A program made the position numbers and the translations under genes. From the human T2T-CHM13v2.0 reference genome, Homo sapiens: 64,000 nt of DNA. Position 1 is the stretch's first letter. Each line of letters begins with the position of its first letter. Of the stretch, positions 1 through 14,416 are shown piece after piece. The stretch lies in assembly GCF_009914755.1 (NCBI RefSeq), contig NC_060928.1. One strand, written 5' to 3'. The notes beneath the pieces were generated by a model. The model was not told where the DNA came from. It ran no database searches and worked only from the letters and a program-made list of their open reading frames with translations.

Positions 1-1117
1 TCCTTCACATGGAAGAGAGGTGCAAACAGACAAAAGGAATAGGTTAAAGGTAAAAGAGAGGTACTAATTGATAGAACAAGGTCCCAGAGAATTGCCTGGA
101 GTGGGGCAGGAGAGATGGGCTCAATGGTGAGTGAGTCAAGAGTGTAAATGTAGTAGGTGACTCTGAACAAGTTAAGAACATTCCTCTTTAGAGGATGGTG
201 AGGAGAATAGGAAGGAAATATGTAAGTAAGTGGGGGTTGCCACAAAGTTGGGGCGATTCATGGTTGATACTCCTCATTTCTTAAAGTGGAGTGAAATTGC
301 CTTTTAAGATAAAAAAAAGTATGAATAAGGAACTTGAGTATGTGAAGATTTTTAATTTGGTAGTGTAGGATATGTGAAGGAATTGCCACATATATATAAA
401 AGGACTACTGCTGGGGTCCGAGTGCCAAATTGATGTCAGGTTTTCTCTAGCAGCCTGAAACAGGAAGGGCTGAACATGGAAATGACCCAGGGTCAGAATG
501 TGAGTAAACCAAGTGAATATGGAATAATGATAGGAGTGCAAGAAGGTGAGTATGTTGGTAAGAAAGTAGTTCAGATCTGCCTTGGTGTCCATATTGGTTG
601 TAAGTGAAGCAAGGCCAGAAGATGACTGGGACAGATAGACTGAGAAAAGGGAAGGATGAAGGGCCTGGGGAAGCCAGAGTGATTAAGCAGGATAAAATAG
701 GAGGATTAAGAAGAGTTCCAGAATGGTATGACGGCTGAGATCAGGGTGTAATAGTGTACTGATGTTTATATTTTATGATGAGCATCTTGGGATATGGTTT
801 GGGGTATATACCCATAGGTCAGATGGCTGAAGCAGAGCCAGATGAAGGTAAATAAAATCCACATTTCTTAAAAGGTAGCTGTAATGCTTTAAAAACTATT
901 CTGATATTGTATCATCTTACCAGTTTATATACTAGAATAATAGCAAGTGTTAGAATGTATACTTTTTACTCTTAACAATTGAAGTTGTAGCAAATTGCTT
1001 TAACATTTTTAACAGCAAAATTTGAGAATTTCACTGGCTTTTTGAGTGTTTTATTTGGACTTAGACTCATCAGAAGTTTTTGTTTTTTCTTTTTCTCCTC
1101 CTCCTTTTTTTCTCTAG

Positions 1118-1214
1118 GCCTCTTACTGAGGAAGAAATTGTTGACCTAAGAGAAAGGCATTATGATTCCATTGCCGAAAAACAAAAAGATCTTGATAAGA
1201 AAATTCAAAAAGAG
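1118..1214 (+). CDS. AP1AR: AP1AR (gadkin/gamma-BAR) internal coding exon: (R)PLTEEEIVDLRERHYDSIAEKQKDLDKKIQKE
   Basis: Polypyrimidine tract plus TAG acceptor (AG 1116-1117) and GAG|GTAAAT donor at 1215. The frame joins the next exons into a continuous protein recognised as gadkin. Confidence 0.93.
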
Positions 1215-1510
1215 GTAAATTGTCTTTTATATTGCTTAAGTACATGTTATCATAAAGAGAGAATTGTCATTAAATAATATATTGTGTAGAGTCTTTGGAC
1301 CTATATTTAGATATATACAGATGAATCTGTTTTAAGAGTTAAAAAAAATCATTCCAGCCTATTATAATTTCTTTTAGTTTGGCTTAATTTATCAGAAATC
1401 ATATGCTGCCAAAAAATGGAGATAGTACATTCTTTTAAAAATAATTTCTTAATTCACAAAGTAGGAACTCTGGCAAGAATATGCACCTTGGTATTTAAAA
1501 CCAACTTTTA

Positions 1511-1812
<302 letters not shown>

Positions 1813-2020
1813 TTAAAAAATTACCCTGTTTCACAATAAGTGGTTTTTTGAAGAGTTTTTATCTTGGTGTATTTGTTCTCAGAGAACCAAGTACTTATAA
1901 TCATAAGTGTTAAAGTTATTTAATGTGTTTATTGAAATGGCCTATAATTATGGTTTTGCACCCACTAAACTAAATGGAATTATTCATATTCTGCTGCACA
2001 TTTAAAATTTTTCTGTTTAA

Positions 2021-2668
2021 GACCGGGCTTGGTGGTCATAGTTCCAGCACTTTGGGAGACCTGTAGTTCCAGCACTTTGGGAGACTGAGGTGGACAGATC
2101 ACTTAAGCCCAGGAATTTGAGACCAGCCTGGGCAACATGGTGAAAACCCATCTCTAAAAAAAAATACAAAAATTAGCCGGGTATGGTAGCATGCACCTAT
2201 AGTCCCAGCTACTAAGGAGGCTGAGGTGGGAAGATTTTGAGCCCAGGATCCTCAAGACTACGGGAGGTCGAAGGGGAGCCACTAGACTCCAGCCTGGGTG
2301 ACAGAGCAAGACCCTGTCTCAAAAAAAAAAAATAAATGCACACACACATATACATACATACATATACATATATTTGTCTGTTTAATGTGGGTATGGTGGC
2401 TAATGCCTATAGTCCCAGCACTTTGGAGGCCAAGACAGGCAGATTGCTCAAGTCCAGGAGTTAAGAACCAGCCTGGGCAACTTGGCAAGACCTCATCTCT
2501 GCAAGAAATACAAAAATTCACCCGGGGTGGTGGCGCACGCCTGTAGTCCCAGCTACTCTGGAGGCTGAGGTGGGAGAATGGTTTGAGCCCAGGAGGTCAA
2601 GGCTGCAGTGTTGGTGCCATGGTACTGCAGGCTGGGTGACAGAATAACACCCTGTCTCAAAAAGAAAA
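2021..2668 (+). mobile_element. Two tandem old Alus (about 2021-2335 and 2386-2668) separated by a CA/TA microsatellite
   Basis: Alu arms and A tails. The first has a small internal duplication of TAGTTCCAGCACTTTGGGAGAC. Confidence 0.88.
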
Positions 2669-3339
2669 GTATGTTTAGGACCAATTAGTGATTTCAAAAG
2701 CATTAACGTAAGCTATACAGTAGCTGTTAATATTAGTCTAAAGAAAAAAATTTGTGTTGAAATTTGATTTTCAAGTTAACTTTAACATACAATAGATATT
2801 ACTAAAGCAGCTTATGTGCTCTTATGAATAGCAAGAACTTACATTTGAAAGTAATTTTTTAATAGTTTGATAGTAATGAAATTAAGGAGACATGTGCATT
2901 GATGTTAATTAGATGGCAAGACATGAATTTTGTGAAAGCTGAGTTCACTTTGGTCACAGTGACGTAATTGATCTTAAAGATACTGGATTTATGAGGGCCA
3001 AAACCGGCAAACTAGTGAGGGTGATAGGTGTTGGAATGATTGTTTAAAATGAAGATCACTGCAGATTCTAAAGAAACACTTCTATATTTATACAGAATAG
3101 ATGCTACTGCTTCATAACTCAGTTTCTAAGGAATTCCGTAATGTGTTTTATATCCTTTGGGTTATTTTGTAAAAGAAAAAATTTAAACAATTGCAAACAT
3201 TTCAATTCTGTTATGCTTTGTAGAGATCAATTATTTTTTAATAATTTATTTTTTGTTTTATAAATAGAAGCATTTTATTTTTAGAGCAGTTAGACAGGTT
3301 CTGATTTTTGTTAATCCTTATCGTTTTGTTCATGTACAG

Positions 3340-3438
3340 TTAGCCTTACAAGAAGAGAAGTTAAGACTAGAAGAAGAAGCTTTATACGCTGCACAGCGTG
3401 AAGCAGCCAGGGCAGCAAAGCAGCGAAAGCTCTTGGAG
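3340..3438 (+). CDS. AP1AR: AP1AR coding exon (99 nt, phase 0-0): LALQEEKLRLEEEALYAAQREAARAAKQRKLLE, coiled-coil-like
   Basis: CAG acceptor at 3337-3339, GAG|GTGAGG donor, open frame. Confidence 0.93.
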
Positions 3439-5360
3439 GTGAGGGGAAAAGACCCCAGCATATATTAGGGTTGCTTTTCTCCTTATTTTCTCTGACAAAT
3501 CTTAGTTGGGACTCTTTTTTTCCTATTCTCAAGGACTTCTTGTTTAACAACGAATGTGTTTACCCATATATTCTTAAGAATTTTCAAGGCAAATTAGTCA
3601 GTCATTAACAGCTAGAAATAACATCAGATTACATGCTTGATACTCAATGCTATTTAGCTTTAGATTAGCAAATGCTGATTCCTGTTTATCCTAAAGATAA
3701 ATTTTAGTGCTATAAAATTCAGTATTCTTTTGGAAAAATTAAATGTACTCTTAGAGGGAAAGCGTTGCAAAACTAGCCTTTAAATATAATTGGCAAAGCA
3801 TTTTGTTTTGTGAGGGTTTTTTTTTTTTTAACAGTTTTTTAAATTGCTAGAATTTCTTTTTTTCCTGGAACTGGATAAACTGTGCTATTTTCCCCATAAA
3901 ATTATTACTTGCTTCTCATCTTTATTCTTGTGTCCTTGGGAGATTGGGAGTTTGGGTCTTGAGAAATCGTTGGAATATTATCAGAGAAGGCAGCAGATTT
4001 ACCGTATCTTACCATGCTGCATTACCATAATGCCTGGCAGCTGTAAGTAACAGGCATTTATGGAACCCTAACTGTCAGGAGCAGCAATGTTTTACCTTAT
4101 TTAATCCTCACAACAATCTTATGAGATAGTGTTTTTAATCCCTGTTTTACAAATGAGAAAACTGAGAGTAGGATATGTTTTGTAACTTGCTTGAGATCCT
4201 ACAGTTAATAAGGGCCAGAGCCAAAGTTCAAGCACAACAGTGCTTAGCCGGTATCCTTAATATCTTCCTCCATATTTTGCCTGTTTGGATTCACCTCTGT
4301 AGTGTTAACTGAAGTAGTATAAAGATCATGTCACATTGTAAAACTTAGAGAAACTGAAATATCATGTCTATCATATTGTTACATGATTTCTATGTGAACT
4401 GTGTCCTTCTCCCCCCAACTTTCCTTCATTTTTTTCCCTCTCTCTCTCTGCTGTTTTAGCAGATTATATGAAGGAATATATTTTCTTTTTAAGTCAGTTC
4501 TAAATAATGAACAAGTTTTTAACTTTTACCTTCTACTAAGAAAAGTATTTTTCTGGTTATCATATAGACACTTTTTACTGTAATAGATTATCTACTGCTT
4601 CCCTTTTAAAGACAAAGCATTCCATATGCAGCATCCATATGGGTGATTTCCAGGATTCTCTGAGTTTTTCCTACCCTGGTTTAAATATTTGATGTAGGAA
4701 CACATTACAGTCTATACAGCACATACTGACACACAGACATACACAGACACCCACCAAGTCATTTGATTTTCATGGGAACCCTGAGTTTGCTAGAGCAGTA
4801 ATATAGCTATCTGTAATTTATAGGTGAAGGAACAGTAGGTAAAGGCCATGCCAGGGATATATAGCTAATAGCTATCAGAGCCACAACTCCCAACAGTTCT
4901 TCTAAATCTTAGCCAATTGCTTTTATTATTTCTGAGTCAACTCAGCCAGATCTTATAAATCTGTTGTTGTATTGCTACTTATTTCACCCAGAATGGAACT
5001 TCATGTATTGTTTTAACTATTCCTTTCCTGCTCCTCATTTTTCCAGTTGGTTGGAAGTTCTTGGGTATACTAAGAATGTTAAGGATATCAATACATATCT
5101 GTTAAAAAAAAGTTATTTTTTAATAACACTATGAATATTCTGGCCACTTCTGGATTACACATAGATAAATTCAGAAAAATTCTTCCCATAAATAAGGGGA
5201 TATAGAATTGAATAGTGATGGATTTAAGGAAAAATATATCAACAAAATAACTTTTTTTTTTAGAAACTAGAAAAAAATACTTTTTGGTGTTGCATGAGTG
5301 GTTTTAAAATATATAATTTTACAACAGAGTGATTTTTTTTATTACATTATGTTTCCAAAG

Positions 5361-5419
5361 CAAGAAAGGCAGAGAATTGTGCAGCAATATCATCCTTCCA
5401 ACAATGGAGAATATCAAAG
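5361..5419 (+). CDS. AP1AR: AP1AR coding exon: QERQRIVQQYHPSNNGEYQ(S)
   Basis: AAG acceptor at 5358-5360, AAG|GTAAAT donor. Phase 0-2, compatible with both neighbours. Confidence 0.92.
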
Positions 5420-6085
5420 GTAAATAGTGAAACATATGCCTCCTTCCCTTTGTGGTAGAACATTTTATTGCGGTGTAGAGCATCATTCACCTCAAGATGT
5501 GTATATACGCATTCATGTTTATGTGTTCCCTAAAAATTATTCCTTCTAAAAGACATTGTCTTGGAAGAAAACTGAGAACATTTAAGTTGAAACATTATTA
5601 TTAATTTAAACTGACTTTATTGCATTTTTAAGAGTGGTCTCATTTCCCATATAGATGTGATACAATAGCTGAATGCCTTTGGGTGAGTTGTTTATACCCC
5701 AGTTGTTTGTGTTTTCCTTAGTCCCTCTCTTTCTTATAATAAAGTTTATGTGTGGTCATTTTTTGGAAGAGATATTTCAGTGTCACATTTCCACAAGTAT
5801 CACTACTCATTCAAAGAATATTGTTCATGATTCATTATTGTAAAGTTGGACTTATGGCTAAGCTTTGGAGATTGGACTTCAGGATTAATGAAAATCTTCT
5901 TATTTTCAGTTTCATTTTAGTATTAAGAAAATTAAGAACTATTTTCATTAGGTTATTCTAATTGTACAGCAGTTATGAATTTGTATGACATAGGTCTTCA
6001 AGCCACAATGCCATCATTAGCTTATATATTTGTCATATTGCAGCTACCATGAATATATTAAAAAATTATTTCACTTTTATTACAG

Positions 6086-6159
6086 TTCAGGACCAGAAGA
6101 TGACTTCGAATCTTGTTTGAGAAATATGAAGTCACAGTATGAAGTTTTTCGAAGTAGTA
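6086..6159 (+). CDS. AP1AR: AP1AR coding exon: SGPEDDFESCLRNMKSQYEVFRSS
   Basis: TTACAG acceptor, GTAAGT donor at 6160. Phase 2-1. Confidence 0.92.
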
Positions 6160-6939
6160 GTAAGTTTTTTAAAGTATTTTCTGTACTTTTTATGCCACAG
6201 TAAACAGATAAGTAGAGATTCTGGCTCTGTTTCTGTAGAAGAACTTTCTGTTCTTAAATTTGTAATTCCCAGATAGGTCAATTTCCTAGGTAGTCATTAA
6301 TTATACAACCTCATCTTTTCTTTTTAAAAAGAAGTTGGAGCAAAGAAAAATCTCAGACTATTTCTGTAGATCCATATAGGAAGTCAAGCACTCCTTTTTC
6401 CATTTCTACTCTGATCCTAACCCTTCCCTTTCCAAAAAAAAGAAAGGAAAGGTGGGAGGAAGTAATAGAAAAGTGTACTTATTTTTTACTTATTACAGAT
6501 TGACTTATAAGATTAAAATATTTCCTCAGGTTTCAAAAGCAGAAACTCTTATGCTTCCCAATACTGGAAGCATAGTATGGTAGTGGTTCCTTTTGAAAAT
6601 ATAGGTTGCTTTTTGTTTTATCTTTCTTGTTCATTGTTTTTTGTGCCGCTTTGTAATTGACTGTTAAAAATATTATCTAGAGTTAATCATATTTGAAAAG
6701 TTTATAATCATTTATATTTGCATGTTTGCTATGCTTAGATGGCAAAAAAAAAGAGAGAAAAGTTTCTTTATACTGTTCCTAACAGAAACTTACCAATAAA
6801 ATGATTTCCAGAATTATTTCTTATGAAGCTAAAAGTAATAATAATAATATTTAGAGACAGATAATTGTTACAAAATAAAACGGCTGTTGCGGTGGAAGAG
6901 TAGATGAGAGTATTCAATTGTATTTCGTGTATATTCTAG

Positions 6940-7068
6940 GACTCTCATCAGATGCTACAGTTTTGACACCAAATACAGAAAGCAGTTGTGATTTAATGAC
7001 CAAAACTAAATCAACTAGTGGAAATGACGACAGCACATCCTTAGATCTAGAGTGGGAAGATGAAGAAG
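6940..7068 (+). CDS. AP1AR: AP1AR coding exon: RLSSDATVLTPNTESSCDLMTKTKSTSGNDDSTSLDLEWEDEE, containing the W-acidic motif
   Basis: TTCTAG acceptor, AAG|GTATTT donor. Phase 1-1. DLEWEDEE is the known kinesin light chain/Arp2/3-binding acidic motif of gadkin. Confidence 0.93.
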
Positions 7069-7849
7069 GTATTTTATAATTCACAATTTTACCTGAAAAA
7101 TTTAACGTAATCTGTGTTGATTTATGTAAATCTACCTTGGTCTTTATTTAAATGGAAATAAATTCAAGGCCTTGAAAAATCATATAAACACTTTTTAGAC
7201 CATTATTGTATTGGTGATGATCTCTGTTGATAAAAATTTTTAGAAAATTGCTTAATTTTTAATGTTTCTTTAGATTTAGAAAATAAATGTCGATTTCTTT
7301 AAGGTTTTTGTAATCCAAGCCCATGACATTACTCAGTATGAAGGATTACTACCCCCTTGTGGACAGTCCAAAGCCAGAAGTTAAATATAACTTCTCTTAG
7401 AAATAAATCCACAGAAACAAATCCACCAGATACAGATCTACAAAGTTATATTAGTATCTAGCTCATATTTTTTTCTTATCTATAGAAATAACTTGTTTTA
7501 CTGGGTTGAGTCTTTGTGATTTTTCAGGAGTGACAGACAACGGTGATACAGATTTAAATGTTCTTTTATGGTGGGATCTGAGCTTTAAGGTCAAAAAAGA
7601 AAATCATTAAATGTGTCTGGGAATATTACAATCTCTTTGTGAATCCTAGATTTTAATTCTGTTACCAATGTTGATTCTGTACTTACAGATTCAAATTTCT
7701 TTTCTGTCCTGTCTCCCTTCCTTCTGCCAGTAAAATGACATTATTTTTTCCTTTCAAGATTATTGACACTTTCACTTTACCAATTTCATTTTGTTCAGAA
7801 TTAGATCTAGAACAGTTTCCCATAGAAATGTCTCTACTCTGTTGTGGTA

Positions 7850-8110
7850 GAGTCAGAAGAGCATAATACCACAGACTTTGGAGCCAGACTGAATGGATTA
7901 AAATTCTTGCTTCACCACTTTTTAGCTGTGTGACCTTACCCAAATCACTTAGCCTTTCTGTCCCGGTTACCTCAGCTATAGAATGAGAATAATGATAGTA
8001 CTGTACTCCATAGAGTTGTTGGGGATTAAATCAGTTCATATCTGTGGCATATATGTCACATTAACTGGAACCTAGTAAATGCTGGAAAAGTACATGTTAT
8101 CATTAGAGTG
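7850..8110. mobile_element. MIR
   Basis: GACTTTGGAGCCAGACTG...TAGCTGTGTGACCTT core. Confidence 0.7.
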
Positions 8111-8495
8111 ATTGTCATTCTCTGGGAAATGAAATTATGTGGGTAGGAAAAGACTTTGGCAGACATACTAACTTGGCTATATGAGACTAACAGCAGTTGA
8201 AATCCTCCATCCATTCTGTTTTATTTATGAGTCTTCAGGAATTTCATCTTATCGGATAATCGATGCATCAAAACTGCCCTTTGGTGACTGTTAATATTTA
8301 TTTTTATCTGAGGCATACTTCAGGGTTAGAACCCAACAATTTCCCTTAAGAAGGCCTCCATGGGACTGGGTCTTTAAGTTAATTCACACATCAAGTCTGA
8401 TAGTTAAATAAAAACTACATTGCTAAATTTGGGAGTTTTTAAATATAGCTTTATTATCTGTTCTGAGATTTTTGAAAACTCTGTTCAAATCATAG

Positions 8496-8761
8496 GAATG
8501 AATAGAATGCTTCCAATGAGAGAACGTTCCAAAACAGAGGAAGACATTCTACGGGCAGCACTTAAGTATAGCAACAAGAAGACTGGAAGTAATCCTACAT
8601 CAGCCTCTGATGATTCCAATGGGCTGGAGTGGGAAAATGATTTTGTTAGTGCCGAAATGGATGATAATGGAAATTCCGAGTATTCTGGATTTGTAAATCC
8701 TGTATTAGAACTGTCTGATTCTGGCATAAGGCATTCTGACACAGATCAACAGACTCGATAG
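8496..8761 (+). CDS. AP1AR: AP1AR last coding exon: GMNRMLPMRERSKTEED...GLEWENDF...DTDQQTR*
   Basis: CATAG acceptor at 8491-8495, ORF track 8420..8761, TAG stop. WENDF is the AP-1 gamma-ear binding motif. Confidence 0.95.
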
Positions 8762-10415
8762 GGTAAAATTGTGTGACCTTGTTTATCAGTTATGACCAAA
8801 TGTTAAAAACCAACTAGAATGTATAAGTGATTGTGCTTAGCCTTTTTGTAAGGGAGATGTGTAAGAAACCATGTTGTAAATGCTTATTTTATTACAAAGG
8901 AGTAGGGATGATAGGATCTGAATTGATACAGAATTAAGTGCAATTTCATCATCTGCCTTCTGCTTTTCAAGACCAATTTAATGGTCCTGTCATGTTACTG
9001 ATTAAATTTACTTTGTCTTGTCTTTATAGCATTTCTGTTTACTATGGTAGATTTCCACTTTCAATTTTTAAAATTAATTTTACTTTGAATGATTTATGAA
9101 GCCTATTTCATTGTCTAACTATGAAAATATTAAGACTTTTTTGTTAATTCTCAGCCGATGTGAAGGAAGCATGAGGAGGGATCGTCAGATTCAGATTTAG
9201 AATAGTGTTCCCGTTTCCAGCATTATTTATTTCTATGACTTCTTTGGATTTTATTATCTAATAGTAAGTACAGTTGATGTGGGTAGATGACTCTAAGAAA
9301 TGCTGAAGTATCGGCATTACATGTGTTTATTTACATGTCCTAGTATGATAATGTTGATTCAATCTGAACAAAAGATAATATAAAAATAACCCTTCAGAGT
9401 TTGGACATTTCAAGTTGGTAATAATAAAAAATAATATTTAAGAAGATATATATATATATATATATATATATTTAGTTTTTTCCACTTCATTTTACATGCC
9501 ACTATATTGACTTTAATTGATATACAGTATTAAGTTTTTAGGTGCCATTATTTTTAAAAAATTCTATATTTCCAATGAACGATGTTAGATTTTACACAGA
9601 ACATATTCTCTGCATGATTTCAGAAAAGAAAATCTAAAAAGGTAATACGGGTATTTCAAATAAAATCCTTTCTGGTATGAAAGGCTCCATTGATTTTATT
9701 AAGCCTTCCTTTACCTTGTAGTACAAGGTGCTTTAATGGGATAGAACTAAGCATATCAATATCTATAACTGCATTTTGTGCTAGACAATTACTGTTCTTT
9801 TCTCTAAAATGTATATGTCAATTTACAAGGCCAGGGATAGAAAACACTCCATAATTGCTTTCCTTGATTTTGCTGAGGATTTGGTATGATTTTAGTAAGC
9901 AAACTGTTTTTTGGTTTTTCCTTAATGTTTTTAATTTTTTTTCCTCTTGCAACAATGACGGTGCATGTTCTTATAAATATAGGAAGGTCCAGATATAAAT
10001 AGTAACCTAAAGTTCTTGCTGTGCTTAAAAAAAAAAATCATGTGGCCCTTTCAATATTTGAACTGCTAAGCAATGACATCTGTAGTTTTATCTCCTTTTT
10101 TATGTCATAGAAATTAATATGATACTTTAAATATGTAAATATAATACATTAGGTAATGCTATTATTTATATCTGTCTTAACATAATTTAAGTTGTAGCTG
10201 TGTCTTGGAAATATTTTTAAGGTAATCTATATTCACATTGCCTGTGTTAATGCTTTTTAAAGTTTGTATACATCAGATGTATATTTTTGGTTTGGCATAA
10301 GCTACGATTGTAATTTTTCTTGGCTTTTTGTTCATAAAGAATTTTTTGAAGGAATGGTAACAAATGGTAATTTACAAATGGTTGTGAATAAACACATTTT
10401 TACACTTAAAGGTAA
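8762..10415 (+). other. AP1AR: AP1AR 3' UTR (end approximate), with candidate AATAAA signals at 9423 and 10387 and a (TA)n tract at about 9446-9471
   Basis: AT-rich sequence free of recognisable interspersed repeats after the stop codon, with AATAAA hexamers. Confidence 0.7.
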
Positions 10416-10599
10416 TAAGTTATTTGACTATTATTGGTTTTACTCCATAAACATGCAGGTATTCTGATTCCTGACTTGTAATTATTTTATTAAATCTGAT
10501 GTGAAGACAAAAGTAAATTAAGAAAGCAAGATGGAACTAGAAAATGTGTTTTAACTGTTAAAAAAAAGTTAACGTTTTGTTTTGTGTTTATAAAAAGTA

Positions 10600-12560
10600 C
10601 TAGAAATAACTTATTCAGCAAATATTGGAATAGTATTTAATATTATTGGAACTGTGTCTGGTGGGTGTTAGGGACATAGAAGTACAAAGACATATAAGGT
10701 CTCTGCTCTTTGCTTACCATTCTGGTGAGAGAGAGAGACAATAATAAGTAAACATACATGCAAGAAAATCACAGGTCACAGTTAGAAAATATACAAGATT
10801 ATAGGAGAGAGAGTAACTGGGGGCCAATTGACTACTTCTCATAGGTCAGGACAATCCTCTCTGAGGAGATAGCTTGGCTAAAACTTAATTGTTTTAAGTT
10901 TTAGTTGTTAACTTGTTAATTGTTTACTTGGCTAAAACCTAATTGTTAAGCAGGAAACAGTCAAGTAAAACCTGGTATGAAGCATGTTATAAGCAAAGGG
11001 AACGGCAAGTACAAAGTACCTGAGGTGGGAAAGAGTTTGTTATGTTCTGTGAATAAAAAGACCACTGGGAATGAAGCATCATGAGTGAGGGGGAAGAGTG
11101 GTATGAGATGATACTGGAGTGGTAGTTAAGGGCCAGATGATGCAAGACCTTGTAGACCAAGAATGAGTTTTATTTGATGTGTAATAGAAAGCCACTGAAA
11201 TTTTTTGTAAGCAAGGATGTACAGTCATCATATACACATTTTCAAACGATTGCTTTAGTTGCTGTGTAGAGAATGGATTGTAAGAAGGCAAGAGTGGATA
11301 TATAGCACTCCCAATGGAATATAGTGTGCCTTGGGTTTACAATGGCTGTGAAAAGGCAGAGCAGATTTGTTTTAGAGGTAGAATCATCAGGATTTTCTGA
11401 TGGGTTGGATATAAGACTAAAGGAAGGGGTAGAATCAGATACTACTGTAGGGGTAACACATCTGGCATGGTGCCGTGGCTACCTTGCTCACTGCACATAG
11501 TCCACGTAGGCAAAACTCAACCACAGTCTGACACAGGTCTTGGTAGAAAACATCGTGATCCTCTCTGGATCCTCCATGGCAAGATAGGCCATCGTAAAGG
11601 AGCTGTCAAAGGGCCATTTATCTTGCAAAATACCTCCCTGTCTTGCAAAAGGCTGCCGTGAGGCAATTTCTCATCCAGCTGGTTTCCAGTGACCTCACTC
11701 TCATTCAGGTGCAGATACCGACTATAAAAATGTTTAGCTATAGTTTAGAGTTGGCTCCTCAACAGAGCTATTTCTACTTGTCATCTGTCATCTTGTCCCC
11801 TTGGTTCAGTGTCATCCAGGGATGTCCCTAAGGACCAGGTATACAGGGAGCTGACTCCATCCTGATACTGCTTTTGCTGTCTGTGTAAATAATAAACTGT
11901 CTCAATCTATTTGGACTCATTGTCTCCCTACTGGCCAAATCTATAGATGTCTGACAGCCAGCCTAGTAGCTGCAAGTGCCCTTAACTATAACTTCTTGGT
12001 TCTGATTTGACTTCAGTGTAATGGGAGGAACAGGTTTGGGAAAGTGGGGAAAATGAAAGAGTTCTATTTGAAAAGTTAACTTTGAGGTGTTCATAAGATA
12101 TTTGGATGAAGATGTCAAGTAGGTGATGGGATATATGTCTGCAGCCCAAGAAAGAGGTCTAGGTTCAAGTTTGGGAGTCATTAGTAGGAAAATGGTATTT
12201 TAAGTCATTAAACCAGCTGAGTTCACCCCAGGGGAGCACATAGGCAGAAAAGCCCCACTAAGTGTTGACATTTAGAAGTTGGGGGTAGTGAAACAGTCGT
12301 CAAAAGAAACAGATACAGGAGGAATGCAGGAACCAGAGAATAGTGTCACAGGAGCCAGGAAATAAGAGGGCTCAACAATAGCAAATGCTTTGAAAAGAGG
12401 TCCGCTGCTTTAGTTGCATTTGGAGACAGTTACACAAATGAAGGGATGGAAACTGGGGAGTTGGGGATGAAGAATAAAGAACAGCTAATGCAGACAATTT
12501 GAAAAGAGAGCAGAGAAATGGGGTAGCTGGGAGGGGATGTGGAGTTATAGAAGGGTTTTT
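10600..12560 (+). mobile_element. Degenerate L2 fragments, interrupted by an LTR
   Basis: Purine-rich L2-like motifs (GGGCCAGAT, GAAAGCCACTGAAA, GGATTTTCTGATGGGTTGGAT). Confidence 0.55.
11446..11980 (+). mobile_element. ERV-type LTR inserted in L2 (family not resolved)
   Basis: TGTAGGG start, TATAAAA at about 11723 and AATAAA at about 11891 in LTR-like order. Confidence 0.55.
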
Positions 12561-12596
12561 ATTTAAAAGATACTAGCTTTAGAGTAGATAGGCAGA

Positions 12597-13158
12597 TATG
12601 AACAGGGCAGGACAGCGCCACAAAGACTGTGAGGGCTGGTGACAGGGAGGGGAAAATCTAACAGGAGACATCTTGAGCTCATGGGCAACAACTTCCCAAT
12701 AAGAATTTAAGATGGCAGAGTTTGGCCTTCCTCTGGGGGCATGTCCAGATATGCGCAGTAAGGGGCAAAATGACAGAGTTTGACAAATATATGACCTTCC
12801 CATGGGGCTTGGCCGGGAGTGCTAGCCCAGTAAGGGAAAATTGCCCTAAGAGAGCATGTGCATAACTTCAATCACCAAAAGGCCCTTCCAGATACTGGCA
12901 AACCACTGCACATACAGGGAGGGAAGAGATGGGGAAAAAAATAGGAAATAATAAATCTCTAAGAGCCCTAAGACAAAGGTCAAGCTGGGTACTCAATCTT
13001 TTGACGTCCCCCTTCGTTCCATCCAAGTGTACTTTTTTTTGCTTCAATAAACTCTTGTTTCTGCCTTAAATATAATTCTGTCTCTTGGCTGAATTCTTTC
13101 TCCCAAGAAGACAAAGATCAAGGACTATGGAGCGTGCCCATACTCACCACTGGTAACA
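12597..13158 (+). mobile_element. ERV1-like solo LTR (family not resolved)
   Basis: ATGCGCAG/AAGATGGC motifs, CAATAAACTC signal, GAATTCTTTCTCC motif, TGGTAACA end. Confidence 0.65.
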
Positions 13159-13966
13159 CTAGAACTTTTGAAATGATATATTTTGGAATTATGCCCGCTT
13201 TTTTTTCAATAGATAAATATATTTTTCTAGCAGAGGCCAGAGGTTTCGTTTAACTATGTAAACATGTCCTAATCATAATTTCTTGAGAATACAGACATCT
13301 AAAAAAGATTTTATGTTAAATATGTAGTGTTTTCCCATCTTCATTTATTTGGTATTTCTGGTTAATTATCTGACAGTAAAGGAGTTCACAAAAGAAATCT
13401 GAGATTCCACATTGAAATCCTAAATGTAAAACAACAACAACAATAACAATAAAAATGGAGAGAAACAGAATCCCTGCATCTGATTCTTGAATCCTTAGGA
13501 AATATTAAAGGTGAAAATGAAATTAAATTTGGAAAATGATATTTAAAATTGTATATTATTATTTCAAATTTAAAGATTTATTTCCTCCTACCCAGATATA
13601 GTAATGTCCTCTGTAGTTCAGAAATCTTATATGAGACCATTAAAAATGAGGACCTAACTCTGCCCCATGCTACTCAGAGGAGCAGGTACTGTGTGTAAAT
13701 GCTGTGGTAAGGAGACTACATACTTTATCTCTGATATTCACAGAGACCCTATGAAGGAGGCACTATTTAATCCTTGTTTTTCAAAAAAGGAATCTGAGTT
13801 ATGTCAAATTACAGGAATGGTAGATAAACCCAAGCAGTATGACTCAGAGCCCACACTCAACACTGTACAATTCTTTCCAGTAGAAATTAGGTCAGTATTG
13901 TTTTCAGAGTTTTGGGGGCTTCAGGGGATTTTTTTGCTTAGCTATTAAAAAGAATGTGTCTAACCT

Positions 13967-14259
<293 letters not shown>

Positions 14260-14416
14260 GAATGTGTCTAACCTAACTTTGAAGGATTAAAAAACTTTCA
14301 AGATGCCGAAAGTGATATTATTATAAAAAGGTACTGTGAACTAAGGGGAAATTTCATTGTCACACCTTATTGTGACTGTCTAATCTCAGAAGTTTTCTGT
14401 TTTAAAATGTCACTGT

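Noticed and set aside
6154-6165. Tandem GTAGTAGTAAGT alternative donors in AP1AR
   Set aside because: The upstream GTs have poor +4 to +6 context compared with GTAAGT, and there is no evidence of use.
8485-8742. 85-aa - strand ORF
   Set aside because: It is the antisense shadow of the last AP1AR coding exon.
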